A stretch of 64,000 nucleotides of DNA, from positions 5,222 through 69,221 of the forward strand of contig DASQNR010000014.1 in assembly GCA_035644835.1 (NCBI GenBank). The letters are read 5' to 3'. The notes beneath the pieces were generated by a model, which had not been told where the DNA came from, searched no databases, and saw nothing but the letters and a program-made list of their open reading frames with translations. Shown here piece by piece: positions 18,578-28,393 of this stretch (position 1 is the first letter of the stretch; the number at the start of each line of letters is the position of its first letter). The translations under genes were made by a program, and so were the position numbers. This stretch comes from Allosphingosinicella sp. (GTDB lineage: Bacteria; Pseudomonadota; Alphaproteobacteria; Sphingomonadales; Sphingomonadaceae).

Positions 18578-19273
18578 TCAGCCCTCATGCTCCAGCTCGC
18601 GGCTCAGCGTGCCGTGGAAGGTGTCGGCAAAGCGCATCAGGCTCGCCTCGATCCGATTGATGCCGAAGGTCATGCGGTTGTACGCGATCACCGCCGGTAT
18701 CGCTGCGAACAGGCCGAGCGCGGTGGCGAAAAGCGCCTCGGCGATGCCCGGGGCGACCACCGCAAGGCTGGTATTGTTCGCACCGGCAATGTCGGAAAAG
18801 CTGCGCATGATGCCCCACACCGTGCCGAACAGGCCGACGAACGGCGCCACCGAACCCACCGTGGCGAGGATGTTAAGGCGCACGGCCAGCCGGTCCACCT
18901 CCGCGCCGATCGCCGAATGCATCGCCTGGGCAAGGCGGGCGCGAGTCCCTTCCCGGTCGACCTTGCTGCCGGCGGTGGAGCGGCGCCACTCGGCGATGCC
19001 GGCAGCGAAAATCTTGGCGCTGGGCAATTCGTCGCGGCCCCGCGCTTCGTAGAAGCGGTCGATATCGTCAGCCTTGCCGAACTCGCGCTCGAACCGGTCG
19101 TTCTGCTCGCGCACGCGGCGCATCCTGAGCGCGTGGCCGATAATGATCGCCCACGTCCACACGCTCGCCAGGAGCAGGCCGACCATCACGCTCTTGACGA
19201 CGATGTCCGCCTGGAGAAACAGGGCAACGGGCGACATCGCACTGCCCGTCATTGAAACATCCGCCACTCTCAT
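18578..19273 (-). CDS. tolQ: TolQ
   Basis: LATVGSVAPFVGLFGTVWGIM, VAPGIAEALFATALGL; ATGA overlap with ybgC (alternative start 19252). Confidence 0.95.
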   Translation of the reverse strand: MRVADVSMTGSAMSPVALFLQADIVVKSVMVGLLLASVWTWAIIIGHALRMRRVREQNDRFEREFGKADDIDRFYEARGRDELPSAKIFAAGIAEWRRSTAGSKVDREGTRARLAQAMHSAIGAEVDRLAVRLNILATVGSVAPFVGLFGTVWGIMRSFSDIAGANNTSLAVVAPGIAEALFATALGLFAAIPAVIAYNRMTFGINRIEASLMRFADTFHGTLSRELEHEG

Positions 19274-19722
19274 TCTTCCCCTTGCAACCGCCGGAACTTG
19301 TCAACCCAGACGCGCGGCTGGCGCCTGGGTCGGCCATCGGGAGAAAGGAAGGCGGCCGTTACGCAGGCGTCCACCAGGATTTCTCCGTTTCGCATGACTC
19401 TTTGCTGAATGATAACGGATGCGGCCCGCACTTCCTTCACCTCCGTGTGCACGACCAGATCGTCGGCAAGCTTCGCCGGCGCCTTGTAGCGGATCGAAAC
19501 CTCGGCAACCGCGTAGACGCCCTCCCCCGCTTCAAGCGCGCCGCGTTGATCCACCCCGATCAAGCGCAGCAGATCGGATCGGGCACGTTCAAGGAAGCGC
19601 AGGTAATTGGCGTAATAGACGATGCCGGCGACATCCGTGTCTTCGAAATAGACGCGCAGCGGAAACAGATGCACGCGGCCGCGCATGATCCCGTCGGCAG
19701 GCTTTGGTTCCACCCCATCCAT
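19270..19722 (-). CDS. ybgC: Tol-Pal associated acyl-CoA thioesterase
   Basis: RVYFEDTDVAGIVYYANYLRFLERAR. Confidence 0.95.
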   Translation of the reverse strand: MDGVEPKPADGIMRGRVHLFPLRVYFEDTDVAGIVYYANYLRFLERARSDLLRLIGVDQRGALEAGEGVYAVAEVSIRYKAPAKLADDLVVHTEVKEVRAASVIIQQRVMRNGEILVDACVTAAFLSPDGRPRRQPRVWVDKFRRLQGEE

Positions 19723-19836
19723 CGCCTTCGTCTAAGGGGGTGGGAATCGCCGGGGCAAGCCTATTCGGGCCCCCTACGCGGACCAGTTGAGCCTTTTTCA
19801 CGGTCATGCGGAGGAACAGAGTTGCTGCTGCTGAAG

Positions 19837-21021
19837 ATGCTGACGTTCAATCGAAACTTTGTGGAACAAGCGCGCCTGGAAAATGAGGCCAGTCGCGCAC
19901 CCAAGGGGTTCACGGCCATTCTCGCTGGAGCAGTGGCGCTCGGCGGCTGCACGACCTTTCCGAGCGACCGGATGGGCAAGTGCGGCGGCGTGCCCGCTAT
20001 CGGTACGCTCGCCGACGGCAGCCGGGAGATGCGGCTCAGCGTCCTCACCTACAATGTCGAGGGCCTGCCTTGGCCGGCGCGGCAGAATAGGGGTCCGCGG
20101 CTGCTCGAAATCACCCGCCAGCTTGCCGCCAAGCGCGCGAGCGGCACGGCGCCCGACATCGTGCTCATCCAGGAGGCCTTCACCAATACAGCGGTGCGGA
20201 TCGGCGAACGCGCCGGCTACGCCAATTACGTGCGAGGCCCGGGCGCCGGCATGCGGCGGCCGCCAACCAGCGAGGAAGCGGAGCCCGAGTTGGTGGAGCG
20301 CCGCAAGCGTGGCAAGGGCGAAGGCTTTCCGCAATTCATGCCGAGCGGCCTCTACATTCTCAGCGACTTCGCGATCATGCAGGCGACCCGCCAGCCGTTC
20401 CGCAGCCGCGAATGCGCGGGCTTCGACTGCCTGTCCAACAAGGGCCTGCTCCACGCCCGCGTTGCCGTGCCGGGCCTCCCGCAGCCTGTGGACCTGTTCA
20501 ACACCCATTTGAACTCGCGCGGGTCGACCGGCGTCTCCGAGCATCGCTCGCTGCTCGCCCACCGCCTGCAGGTGGAAGAAACGGGGCGCTTCATCGAAAC
20601 CCATCGCGATCCCGCGAACCCGTTGATCTTCGGCGGCGACTTCAACATGCGCAACGCACCCGACCGCTATGAACGATTCGCCATGACCAAGCCTTGGCCG
20701 ATCGTCCACGAATGGTGCCTGCGGCCAAGCGCCGGGTGCGATGTGCGCCTGTCGTGGGACGGCGACACGCCGTGGATGGACACGCAGGACCTGCAGGGGT
20801 TCGATTCCGGCACGCGCGTCACGGTACGGCCGGAACGGGTGGAAGCGATGTTCGATGCGCCGTGGAAAGGCCGTCCGCTGGCCGATCATGACGGCTTCCT
20901 GGTCGTGTATCGCCTGTCGTGGCAGCCGGCTCCGGAAGAGCCCGATATGGTCCAAAGCCGCTGTTCCGCTCGGCTGTCCAAACGTTTAGCGGGCGTTTCA
21001 ACTTCGGGAGCGAACAGCTGA
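19837..21021 (+). CDS. EEP-superfamily phosphodiesterase, sphingomyelinase-like, probable lipoprotein
   Basis: LTYNV..LP, LIQEAF, SNKG, FNTHL, GGDFN, DHDG motifs; ALGGC lipobox. Start uncertain. Confidence 0.8.
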   Translation: MLTFNRNFVEQARLENEASRAPKGFTAILAGAVALGGCTTFPSDRMGKCGGVPAIGTLADGSREMRLSVLTYNVEGLPWPARQNRGPRLLEITRQLAAKRASGTAPDIVLIQEAFTNTAVRIGERAGYANYVRGPGAGMRRPPTSEEAEPELVERRKRGKGEGFPQFMPSGLYILSDFAIMQATRQPFRSRECAGFDCLSNKGLLHARVAVPGLPQPVDLFNTHLNSRGSTGVSEHRSLLAHRLQVEETGRFIETHRDPANPLIFGGDFNMRNAPDRYERFAMTKPWPIVHEWCLRPSAGCDVRLSWDGDTPWMDTQDLQGFDSGTRVTVRPERVEAMFDAPWKGRPLADHDGFLVVYRLSWQPAPEEPDMVQSRCSARLSKRLAGVSTSGANS

Positions 21022-22085
21022 CCACCCCCTTCCTCAATGCGATCGGAACCGCGGTTCCGTCGCACGATGTCCACGAGGCGTTCATTGGCTGGGCGGTCGC
21101 CCGGATCGAGGACCCGCGGCGGCGGGCATTGTTTCGCCGCATGGCGGAGCGTTCGGGTATCGGCCACCGCTGGTCGGTGCTGCCGCCGGGGCCCGACGGC
21201 GGGTCCCCGGTCTCGCCCGGCGGCTTCTACCATGGCGGCAATCCTTCCACTGCGGCACGAATGGCGCTTTACGGCGAGGCCGCGCCCGCCCTTGCGCTCG
21301 ATGCGGCGGAGTGTCTGAGGCGGCAGGCGGGGCTGGACGGGATCACTCATCTGGTGGTGGCGAGTTGCACGGGCTTCGTTGCGCCGGGTATCGACCAGAT
21401 CATCGCTGCCCGGCTCGGCCTTGGCGGCACCGTTGAACGAACGTTGGTGGGGTTCATGGGCTGCTATGCCGCCGTCTCCGCGCTCCGCCTCGCCCACCAT
21501 ATCGTCCGCTCGGAGCCCGCGGCGCGGGTGCTGGCGGTGACGGTGGAGCTTTCCACGCTTCACCTCCAGTTCGAGGACCGGTTGGAGCCGCTGCTCGCCA
21601 TGCTGCAGTTCGGCGACGGCGCGGCCGCGATGCTGGTGAGCGCCGACCCCCAGGGTTTCGCCATCGAGCGGCCGTTCGCCGCCACCCTTCCCGATTCGGA
21701 CGCGCTGATCCGCTGGGAGGTGGGGGACAACGGATTCGTGATGCAGCTTTCCGGCGAAGTGCCGGCCCGGATTGCCGAAGCGCTGCGCGAACCCGAGTTT
21801 CGCGACGCGCTGACCGGCGGAGACGATCCTGCCGGCATCGATGCCTGGGCGGTCCATGCAGGGGGGCGCTCGGTGCTGGATGCGGTCGAGCACGGCCTCG
21901 GCCTCGGCCCGGAAGCCCTTGCCGCCTCGCGCGAGGTGCTTGTCCGGTTCGGCAACATGTCGTCGGCAACACTTCCCTTCGTGCTGGCCCGCCTGCTCGG
22001 CGAGCCCGAACACCGCCGCGGCGTCGCCCTGGCCTTCGGCCCCGGCCTGGCGGCGGAAGGCTTCCATTTTCGTCGTGCCCCATGA
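21018..22085 (+). CDS. Type III polyketide synthase
   Basis: Catalytic Cys (FMGCYAA), His (AVHAGG), Asn (FGNMSS); FGDGAAA; AFGPG. Probable CTG start at 21018. Confidence 0.92.
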   Translation: MTTPFLNAIGTAVPSHDVHEAFIGWAVARIEDPRRRALFRRMAERSGIGHRWSVLPPGPDGGSPVSPGGFYHGGNPSTAARMALYGEAAPALALDAAECLRRQAGLDGITHLVVASCTGFVAPGIDQIIAARLGLGGTVERTLVGFMGCYAAVSALRLAHHIVRSEPAARVLAVTVELSTLHLQFEDRLEPLLAMLQFGDGAAAMLVSADPQGFAIERPFAATLPDSDALIRWEVGDNGFVMQLSGEVPARIAEALREPEFRDALTGGDDPAGIDAWAVHAGGRSVLDAVEHGLGLGPEALAASREVLVRFGNMSSATLPFVLARLLGEPEHRRGVALAFGPGLAAEGFHFRRAP

Positions 22086-22768
22086 GACGCCTTGCCGTGC
22101 GCACGCTCCAGGAGGAGCAGATGGATGATCCGGCGCTGCCGTCGGAAGACTATCGCGCGGTTCTGGCCGACCTTGGCCGCGTCAACCGCTGGACGCTGGC
22201 GGCGCGCCCCACGCTTTCTTTCCTTGCCCGCGCCACCGCCGGGGCGAAGAAGTTCACCCTGCTCGATGTCGGCTATGGCGAGGGCGGCATGCTGCGTGCG
22301 ATCGCCCGGTGGGCGGCACGGCGCGGGCTCGACGCCAAGCTGACCGGCGTGGATCTCAACCCGAAGAGCGCAGTCGCGGCGCAAGCGGCGAGCCCGCAGG
22401 GCATGACGATCGATTGGCGAGCCGGCGACTATGCCGAACTCGGCCGCTTCGACTTCGTAATTTCCAGCCTCGTCGCCCACCACATGACCGATCCGCAGCT
22501 CCAGGCTTTTTTGCGCTGGATGGAGAGCCATGCGACACGCGGCTGGATGGTCAACGACCTCCACCGCCACGGCTTCGCTTATGCAGGCTATCCGCTGCTC
22601 GCCCGGTTGCTCGGCGTCCACCGCATCGTTCGGGAGGACGGGCGCCTGTCCATCGCCCGCGCCTTTCGCCCCGCCGAGTGGCACTCCAGGCTCGACCAGG
22701 CGGGGGTCTCCAACGCCCGCGTGGTCCGCCGCTTCCCGTTCCGGCTGTGCGTCGAACGGCTGCGCTGA
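22082..22768 (+). CDS. SAM-dependent methyltransferase
   Basis: LLDVGYGEGG motif I, DFVISSLVAHH; ATGA overlap with the PKS. Confidence 0.85.
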   Translation: MRRLAVRTLQEEQMDDPALPSEDYRAVLADLGRVNRWTLAARPTLSFLARATAGAKKFTLLDVGYGEGGMLRAIARWAARRGLDAKLTGVDLNPKSAVAAQAASPQGMTIDWRAGDYAELGRFDFVISSLVAHHMTDPQLQAFLRWMESHATRGWMVNDLHRHGFAYAGYPLLARLLGVHRIVREDGRLSIARAFRPAEWHSRLDQAGVSNARVVRRFPFRLCVERLR

Positions 22769-23820
22769 TCGCCGGCGCCGGGCCGGCCGGCTGCGCAGCC
22801 GCGATCCGGCTCGCGGCTGGCGGGATGCGGCCGCTCGTGGTGGAGCGGAGCGAGGGTCCGCGCGACATGGTGTGCGGCGGTTTCCTCGGCTGGGATGCTC
22901 TCGAGTCGTTACGGCGGCTGGGGCTGGATCCCGAGCGTCTGGGCGCCCGCCCGATCGCCCGGCTGCGGCTCGTGACGGCGCGCGGAGTGCTCGAGACCCG
23001 TCTGCCGCGCCTCGCCGCCGGCCTTTCGCGCCGCACTCTCGACACGGCCCTGCAGGCGGCGGCAGCCGCCGCCGGTGCCGAGCTGCTGCACGGCCGCTCG
23101 ATCCGCGCCGCCGATCGCGAGCGCCGACTGCTGCGGCTGGAGGATGGCGAGGAATTGGCGGGCGAGGCGCTGCTGATCGCGACGGGCAAGCACGAATTGC
23201 GCGGCGCCGAGCGCGGTGCGGCCATATCCACCGCGCCGCTCGGCCTGCGCGCCGCAGTGCGCGGCGCCGCCGATCTCGATGGCGTGATCGAGCTACACTT
23301 GTTCAACGGCGGCTATTCCGGCGCGCTGACACAGGAAGACGGCACTACCAACCTGTGCCTCTCCGTCTCGCGGGCGCGGCTCAAGGCGGCGGGCGGCATC
23401 GAGCCGCTTCTCGCGGAGCTGGCTTCCGAGCTGCCGGCGCTCGGCCGCCGGCTGGAAGGCGGACCGCTTGGCGAGTGGAGCGCCATTGCCGGCGTGCCTT
23501 ACGGCTGGCGCGCCCGTGCCACCTCGCCCGCTATCTATCGGGTCGGCGATCAGGCTGCGGTTATCGCCTCGCTGGCCGGGGACGGAGTGGCTATCGCGCT
23601 GGAAAGCGGCATGGCGGCGGCCGACGCGCTGCTGTCGGGCAAAGGGAGTGCCGGCTTCCAGGCCGCCTTCGCGGCACGTGCGGCGCGCCCGCTGGGCGTG
23701 GCGGAGCGACTCCGGTGGGCCGCCGAGCACGGCCCGTCGCGCGCGCTGCTGATGCCGGCGCTGCGGCTATTCCCGGGGCTCGCCCGGATCGGCGCCCGCC
23801 TCACCCGGATCGGCGGCTGA
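22747..23820 (+). CDS. FAD-dependent oxidoreductase/hydroxylase
   Basis: GTG 22747; IAGAGPAG dinucleotide fold, VCGGFL, IATGK, VGDQA...LAGDG. Confidence 0.85.
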   Translation: MRRTAALIAGAGPAGCAAAIRLAAGGMRPLVVERSEGPRDMVCGGFLGWDALESLRRLGLDPERLGARPIARLRLVTARGVLETRLPRLAAGLSRRTLDTALQAAAAAAGAELLHGRSIRAADRERRLLRLEDGEELAGEALLIATGKHELRGAERGAAISTAPLGLRAAVRGAADLDGVIELHLFNGGYSGALTQEDGTTNLCLSVSRARLKAAGGIEPLLAELASELPALGRRLEGGPLGEWSAIAGVPYGWRARATSPAIYRVGDQAAVIASLAGDGVAIALESGMAAADALLSGKGSAGFQAAFAARAARPLGVAERLRWAAEHGPSRALLMPALRLFPGLARIGARLTRIGG

Positions 23821-24135
23821 GGGCGCGACGAACAGGCCGGGCATCCAGCGCACCAGCAGCATCAGCAATGTTGGCACCAGCAAGGTGTTCCAGACATCCT
23901 TGACGCTTTCAAAGAACTGCTCCTCGCGCGTCGGCCACACCTCGTAGGTGAAATCGTAAACCTCGTTGCCGAAGGCCACAGCCGCCACTGCCGCCCACGG
24001 CCACAGGCTCGACAGCCGCAGCCGCAGAACCAGCGCCACGACGATCTGGCAAACGACGCCGGCGTGAACATGGAGCGCATCCATGTCGAGGCCGCTCGCC
24101 ATGGTGAGCCATTGCTTGAGCTGGTGCCAATCCAT
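23767..24135 (-). CDS. Small hypothetical membrane protein
   Basis: ATG 24135 (MDWHQLKQW...), three hydrophobic segments, D/H/E residues (DALHVHAG, NEVYD). Confidence 0.65.
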   Translation of the reverse strand: MDWHQLKQWLTMASGLDMDALHVHAGVVCQIVVALVLRLRLSSLWPWAAVAAVAFGNEVYDFTYEVWPTREEQFFESVKDVWNTLLVPTLLMLLVRWMPGLFVAPSAADPGEAGADPGEPRE

Positions 24136-24166
24136 CGCACGCCTTTGGACGGGCGCGGCCGCCGGT

Positions 24167-27100
24167 TCAATATTCCTTACGGTAGCGCAGGTTGACGCTT
24201 GAGCCCCCGGACGAGCCTGCCTGGAACAAGGCGCTGAGCGCCCGCGACAGCGCCACTTCGATCTGGGTGGCGGTGAAGCCGCGCGCGTCGGTGATGACCT
24301 CAAGATAGATGTCGTTGGAGATGTAGAAGCCCGCCGCCACCGCCGTGCCGCGGCCGGTGGTCTCGTCGGCGCCGAGCACCCGCAGGCGGTCTACGCCGGT
24401 CGCGGAGCGCAGCTTGCCGAGCGGGTTGAGGCCGCCGCCGCCGCCGCGAAGCGCGTTCAGCGAGGATGCGAGCTGTACCGCCTGCAGCGCCGAAATCTCC
24501 GTCACCGAGCCTCCGAACAGGATGCGCGACATGATCTCGTCCTGCGGCAGCGCCGGCGACGAGGTGAAGGCGATCTGCGGATTGAGGGCGGTGCCCGACA
24601 CATTGATGTTCACCGTCACGCCCTTGATGTCGGACGAGGCGACGAGATCGATGCGCGGGTTGGGCGGGCGGGCGCCAGTGAAGGCGATACGGCCGCGCGT
24701 GACGTCGAAGCGGCGTCCCGAGAAGCTGTAGGTGCCGCGGATCAGCTCCGCCTCGCCCGTCATCGACGGCGTGGCGGATGTGCCCTGAATACGCAGGTCG
24801 GCGGACCACTCGCTCTCCAGCCCCATGCCGGAGACGTACAATTCGTTGTCGGCCCGCACCCGCAAGTCGAGCTTCCAGATGCTGGGCGTGCCTTGATCCG
24901 CTTCGGGGTCGCCGCCCGGCGGCGGCAGCGGCTCGCCCTTGCGGCGCACGCCCTGAAGCTCGATCACCTGCGCCGCGCCTTGCCGGATGATCTCGTAGCG
25001 CAGCTCGGGCAGGTTGAGTTCGCCGGAGATCAGCGCTCCATTGGCGCGGCTGTTGGTGATGGCGACGGTACCGTCCACGGTGGCGCCGATATTGTCGCTG
25101 CGCGCCAGCCGCGCATTGTCGAAGGTAAGGCGAACGTCCATCGGATAGCCGCTGGCGGCGGCGAAGCCGACCGTGCCGCTGCCCTGAACCGTACCTTCGC
25201 CGGCGCGGCCTGACAGGCTGACGATCTCCAGCGTCGAGCTGGTGAAGCGGCCCTGCAGAGCTAGGTTGGAGATGCGCGTGCCATACGCTTCGTCCACGAA
25301 GCTGAGGTTCTTGGCGCGGATCACGCCGTTGAGCTGCGGCGCCTGCACGCGGCCGCTGAAATCGGCGGCGATGCCGATCGGCCCGGCGAGCTGGCGCCCG
25401 GTGAGACCGCTCAGCGACCAAAGGACCTCGGCCGGGCCGTTGTAGCGAATGCCGCCGGCAAGGGGCGCGGCGAGCAGCCGCTCGGTCCAGGAGCCCGCGG
25501 CGCCGCCGACCGGCTGCAGCCGAACCTGGGCGCGCCCGATCACGCCGCCATTCCTGCGGATCACGGTGTTCAACGAAGCGCCTTCCGGACGCAGCTCGCC
25601 GAGCAGCGCCAGGTCGACCGCCGGGGAGCGGGTGGCGATACCCGCACGCGTGAAGCCGGATACCGTCAGGCGCGCGTCGGCGCGGGGGAATGCGCCGCCC
25701 GCCGGCTGGGCGAAATCGATGCTGCCGGTGACCCGCCCGGCGAGGCCGAGACCCGGCGAAAAGGCGTTCAGCATGGCAAGGTCGAAGTCCCGCAGCCGCG
25801 ACTGAAGTTCCATTCCCTTAGTGCCGTAGCGGCCGGCGAGAAGCACATTGCCCTGCGGCAATACGATCTGGGTCGGGCTCAACTGCCAGCCATCGCGCAG
25901 CTTGCGGACCTCGGCCGGGCGGGCGAGCCGGAACGGGATCCGGTTGGCTTCCCCCTGGATGTTGGCGCGGATCAGCTCGGGGCTGAGCGCGACATTGGCA
26001 CCGATCCGGAAGGGCACCCCGCGCGAGCCTTCGGCGAAGAGCTGGGCGGTGCCGCGGCCGCCGCGGTAATCGGCGCGTACCCGGCCGCGGGCGAGCTGGA
26101 AGTCGGCGGCGCGCACACCCTCGAACTGCGCATCGCCGACGATGTGCGGCGCGTCGGGATAAAGGATCACGGTCGCTTGGACGAGGCCACGCTGGATCAG
26201 GATCGGAGTCGCACCCGGGATCTGCGCGCCATTGGCCGTCGCCGACACGTCGGCGCGCTGATGGCGCCCTTCCGCGGCGAGGCGAATGGTGCCGTCAATG
26301 CCCTGCCCGGTGACCGCGAGGGTGCCGGCGAACGGACCGGCGGCGGTCTGCGTAACCCGCCCGGTGAAGGTCATGCCGGCGAACAGCAGGCGGTGGATGT
26401 CGACGCTGAGGGTACGCCCGGCCAGCACCGTCACGTCGGCACTGAACGGCCCGTATTGCGACTGGCCGGTGGCGTTGATCCGATAACCGTTGCCGGTGGC
26501 CCGAATGGTGGCGGACACGTCCCGAAGGCCGATGCCGAAGCCGGGATTGGCGGCGCGGATCTGCACCTGCGGCCGATCGACGCTACCAGTGACGATCACC
26601 GCCAGCGCGCCATATTCGCGCGACACGCCCGCCACCCGGAAGTCGATGCTGCCGTTCGGGCGCCATGTGCCGCGGCCCGAGGTGATGCGAAGGCCGGGCG
26701 AGTTGAGCTTGATGTCCTCCAGCAGCACATCGCCGGCCGGGTTCATGGTCACGCGCGCACTGGCGGTGGCGTTGCCGCCGAGGAAATCGCGCGCCGAAGC
26801 ATTCTCGATCTGCCGCGTCCGGATCGCGACACGCCCGCTCAGCCCAAAGCCGTTCGCGGCCGTGACCACGTTCATGTCGGTGCTGATGTCCATCAGCCCG
26901 ACGCCCTGAAGCCGGTAGTTGTTGATCGTGCCGTTGATGCCGAAGCGATATTGGCCGCGGGCGGTGTCGGCGGCCATCACCACCGTCGCGTTCAACTTGT
27001 CGGAACGGATCTTGAGGTCGTCCGACACGATCCGGGCGCCGCTCACGAACAAGGTGCCGTCGACGGCGACGTTGGTCAGTAGCCCGCCCACCGACGGGTC

Positions 27101-28393
27101 AAGCCCGGTGATGCGGGTGGCGCGCGCGGAGATCGGAATACGCATCCGGTCGGTGTCGACCTTGGCACGGCCGCTTGCGCGCAGGCCTTCCAGCACCGTA
27201 CCGTTGAAGCCGACCGCGGCGGCGCGCACATTGTAGGCGACGAACGGGGTTGCAAAGGCACCGTTCAGGACCGCTTCGAGCCGGAGGTCGCGCGCGCTCA
27301 GGTTGGGGGCGACATCCCCAGGGGGCAGCAACCGGCCCGCAACCTTCAGATTCTCGAACTTGTTCTGGCCAAGGTCGACCAGCCCTTCTGCCGCCAGCGC
27401 CAGCGCGGCCGAATTGAGCCGCAGCTGCATGTCCGCCCGGCGGTTCTCCCAGCCGGTGACGAGGTTGAGCTGGACCTGGCCGAACAGCCGCCGGGCCGGG
27501 CCCTCCGGCAGGATCAGCCCGGGGGAAAGCGGACCGGTGAAGCTCCACCGGCCGTCGCGGGCGCCGAGCGTCAGGTTGGCGAATTGCTTGCCTCCCAGAT
27601 TGGCGCGGGCGCGGCCGTTCCAATTCTCCCAGGTGCCGGAACCGGTCACCAGGGCCGCGAGCGGCTGTTTTATGCCGGTGAGGCTTGAAACGAAGCCGTC
27701 GGCGGGAGCGTCGACGCGCACACCGAGCCCCAGGCGATTGGCTTCCGGCACGGCATCGAGGCGAAGCACGAGCTTGTCGCCGCCGGGCAGGCCGGGCGCG
27801 GCAAGGGCTCCGGCATCGAGCGCGACTTGGGCGCGGCCGTCGGCGATCTTGGCGCCGCCGGAAAGGCCGAGCAGGTGGCGATAGCCGGTGACGGCGGGAT
27901 CGACATGGATGCGGCCAATTTCGAAGCGGCCGATATCGATGTCGAGATCGGGCAATAACGGCGCATCGGGCTCGCCTGGCTTGAGCTCCGGCAGCCGCGT
28001 CAGCCGCGCCTGGGGAATGGTCAGCGCCCGGATGTCGACATGGTTGCGAAAGTAGCTGAGCGGCCGCCAATCGAGCGTCGCTTCGGGCGCGGCGAAGAAG
28101 GTGCCCTTGGGGTCTTTGAGGGTCAAGCCGTAGATTTTGAGCTCGCCAAGCAGCGAGCCTTCGATGCGCTGGACGTCGATATCGAGCCCGGAGGCGACTT
28201 CGAGATTGTTGATCTGGCGGACCACATAGCGATGGCCAAGGGAGCTGTTGAGCCAGATCCAGAAGGCGGCGAGCAGGACCACGAGGCCGAGCAGGACGAT
28301 GCCCACCCATTTGGCGACGGTGCGGGCACGGTGGCGCCCGCGCGGAATCGCGGCGGGAGCGGGTGCGTCGTCCACGATCGCCCCGTCGGCCAT
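24167..28393 (-). CDS. tamB: Translocation and assembly module TamB
   Basis: 1408 aa, N-terminal TM anchor, beta-rich body, DUF490-like C-terminus; follows tamA. Confidence 0.92.
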   Translation of the reverse strand: MADGAIVDDAPAPAAIPRGRHRARTVAKWVGIVLLGLVVLLAAFWIWLNSSLGHRYVVRQINNLEVASGLDIDVQRIEGSLLGELKIYGLTLKDPKGTFFAAPEATLDWRPLSYFRNHVDIRALTIPQARLTRLPELKPGEPDAPLLPDLDIDIGRFEIGRIHVDPAVTGYRHLLGLSGGAKIADGRAQVALDAGALAAPGLPGGDKLVLRLDAVPEANRLGLGVRVDAPADGFVSSLTGIKQPLAALVTGSGTWENWNGRARANLGGKQFANLTLGARDGRWSFTGPLSPGLILPEGPARRLFGQVQLNLVTGWENRRADMQLRLNSAALALAAEGLVDLGQNKFENLKVAGRLLPPGDVAPNLSARDLRLEAVLNGAFATPFVAYNVRAAAVGFNGTVLEGLRASGRAKVDTDRMRIPISARATRITGLDPSVGGLLTNVAVDGTLFVSGARIVSDDLKIRSDKLNATVVMAADTARGQYRFGINGTINNYRLQGVGLMDISTDMNVVTAANGFGLSGRVAIRTRQIENASARDFLGGNATASARVTMNPAGDVLLEDIKLNSPGLRITSGRGTWRPNGSIDFRVAGVSREYGALAVIVTGSVDRPQVQIRAANPGFGIGLRDVSATIRATGNGYRINATGQSQYGPFSADVTVLAGRTLSVDIHRLLFAGMTFTGRVTQTAAGPFAGTLAVTGQGIDGTIRLAAEGRHQRADVSATANGAQIPGATPILIQRGLVQATVILYPDAPHIVGDAQFEGVRAADFQLARGRVRADYRGGRGTAQLFAEGSRGVPFRIGANVALSPELIRANIQGEANRIPFRLARPAEVRKLRDGWQLSPTQIVLPQGNVLLAGRYGTKGMELQSRLRDFDLAMLNAFSPGLGLAGRVTGSIDFAQPAGGAFPRADARLTVSGFTRAGIATRSPAVDLALLGELRPEGASLNTVIRRNGGVIGRAQVRLQPVGGAAGSWTERLLAAPLAGGIRYNGPAEVLWSLSGLTGRQLAGPIGIAADFSGRVQAPQLNGVIRAKNLSFVDEAYGTRISNLALQGRFTSSTLEIVSLSGRAGEGTVQGSGTVGFAAASGYPMDVRLTFDNARLARSDNIGATVDGTVAITNSRANGALISGELNLPELRYEIIRQGAAQVIELQGVRRKGEPLPPPGGDPEADQGTPSIWKLDLRVRADNELYVSGMGLESEWSADLRIQGTSATPSMTGEAELIRGTYSFSGRRFDVTRGRIAFTGARPPNPRIDLVASSDIKGVTVNINVSGTALNPQIAFTSSPALPQDEIMSRILFGGSVTEISALQAVQLASSLNALRGGGGGLNPLGKLRSATGVDRLRVLGADETTGRGTAVAAGFYISNDIYLEVITDARGFTATQIEVALSRALSALFQAGSSGGSSVNLRYRKEY

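Noticed and set aside
19252-19836. 195-codon N-terminal extension of the EEP ORF
   Set aside because: It lies antisense to ybgC/tolQ; the lipobox and EEP motifs begin only after 19837.
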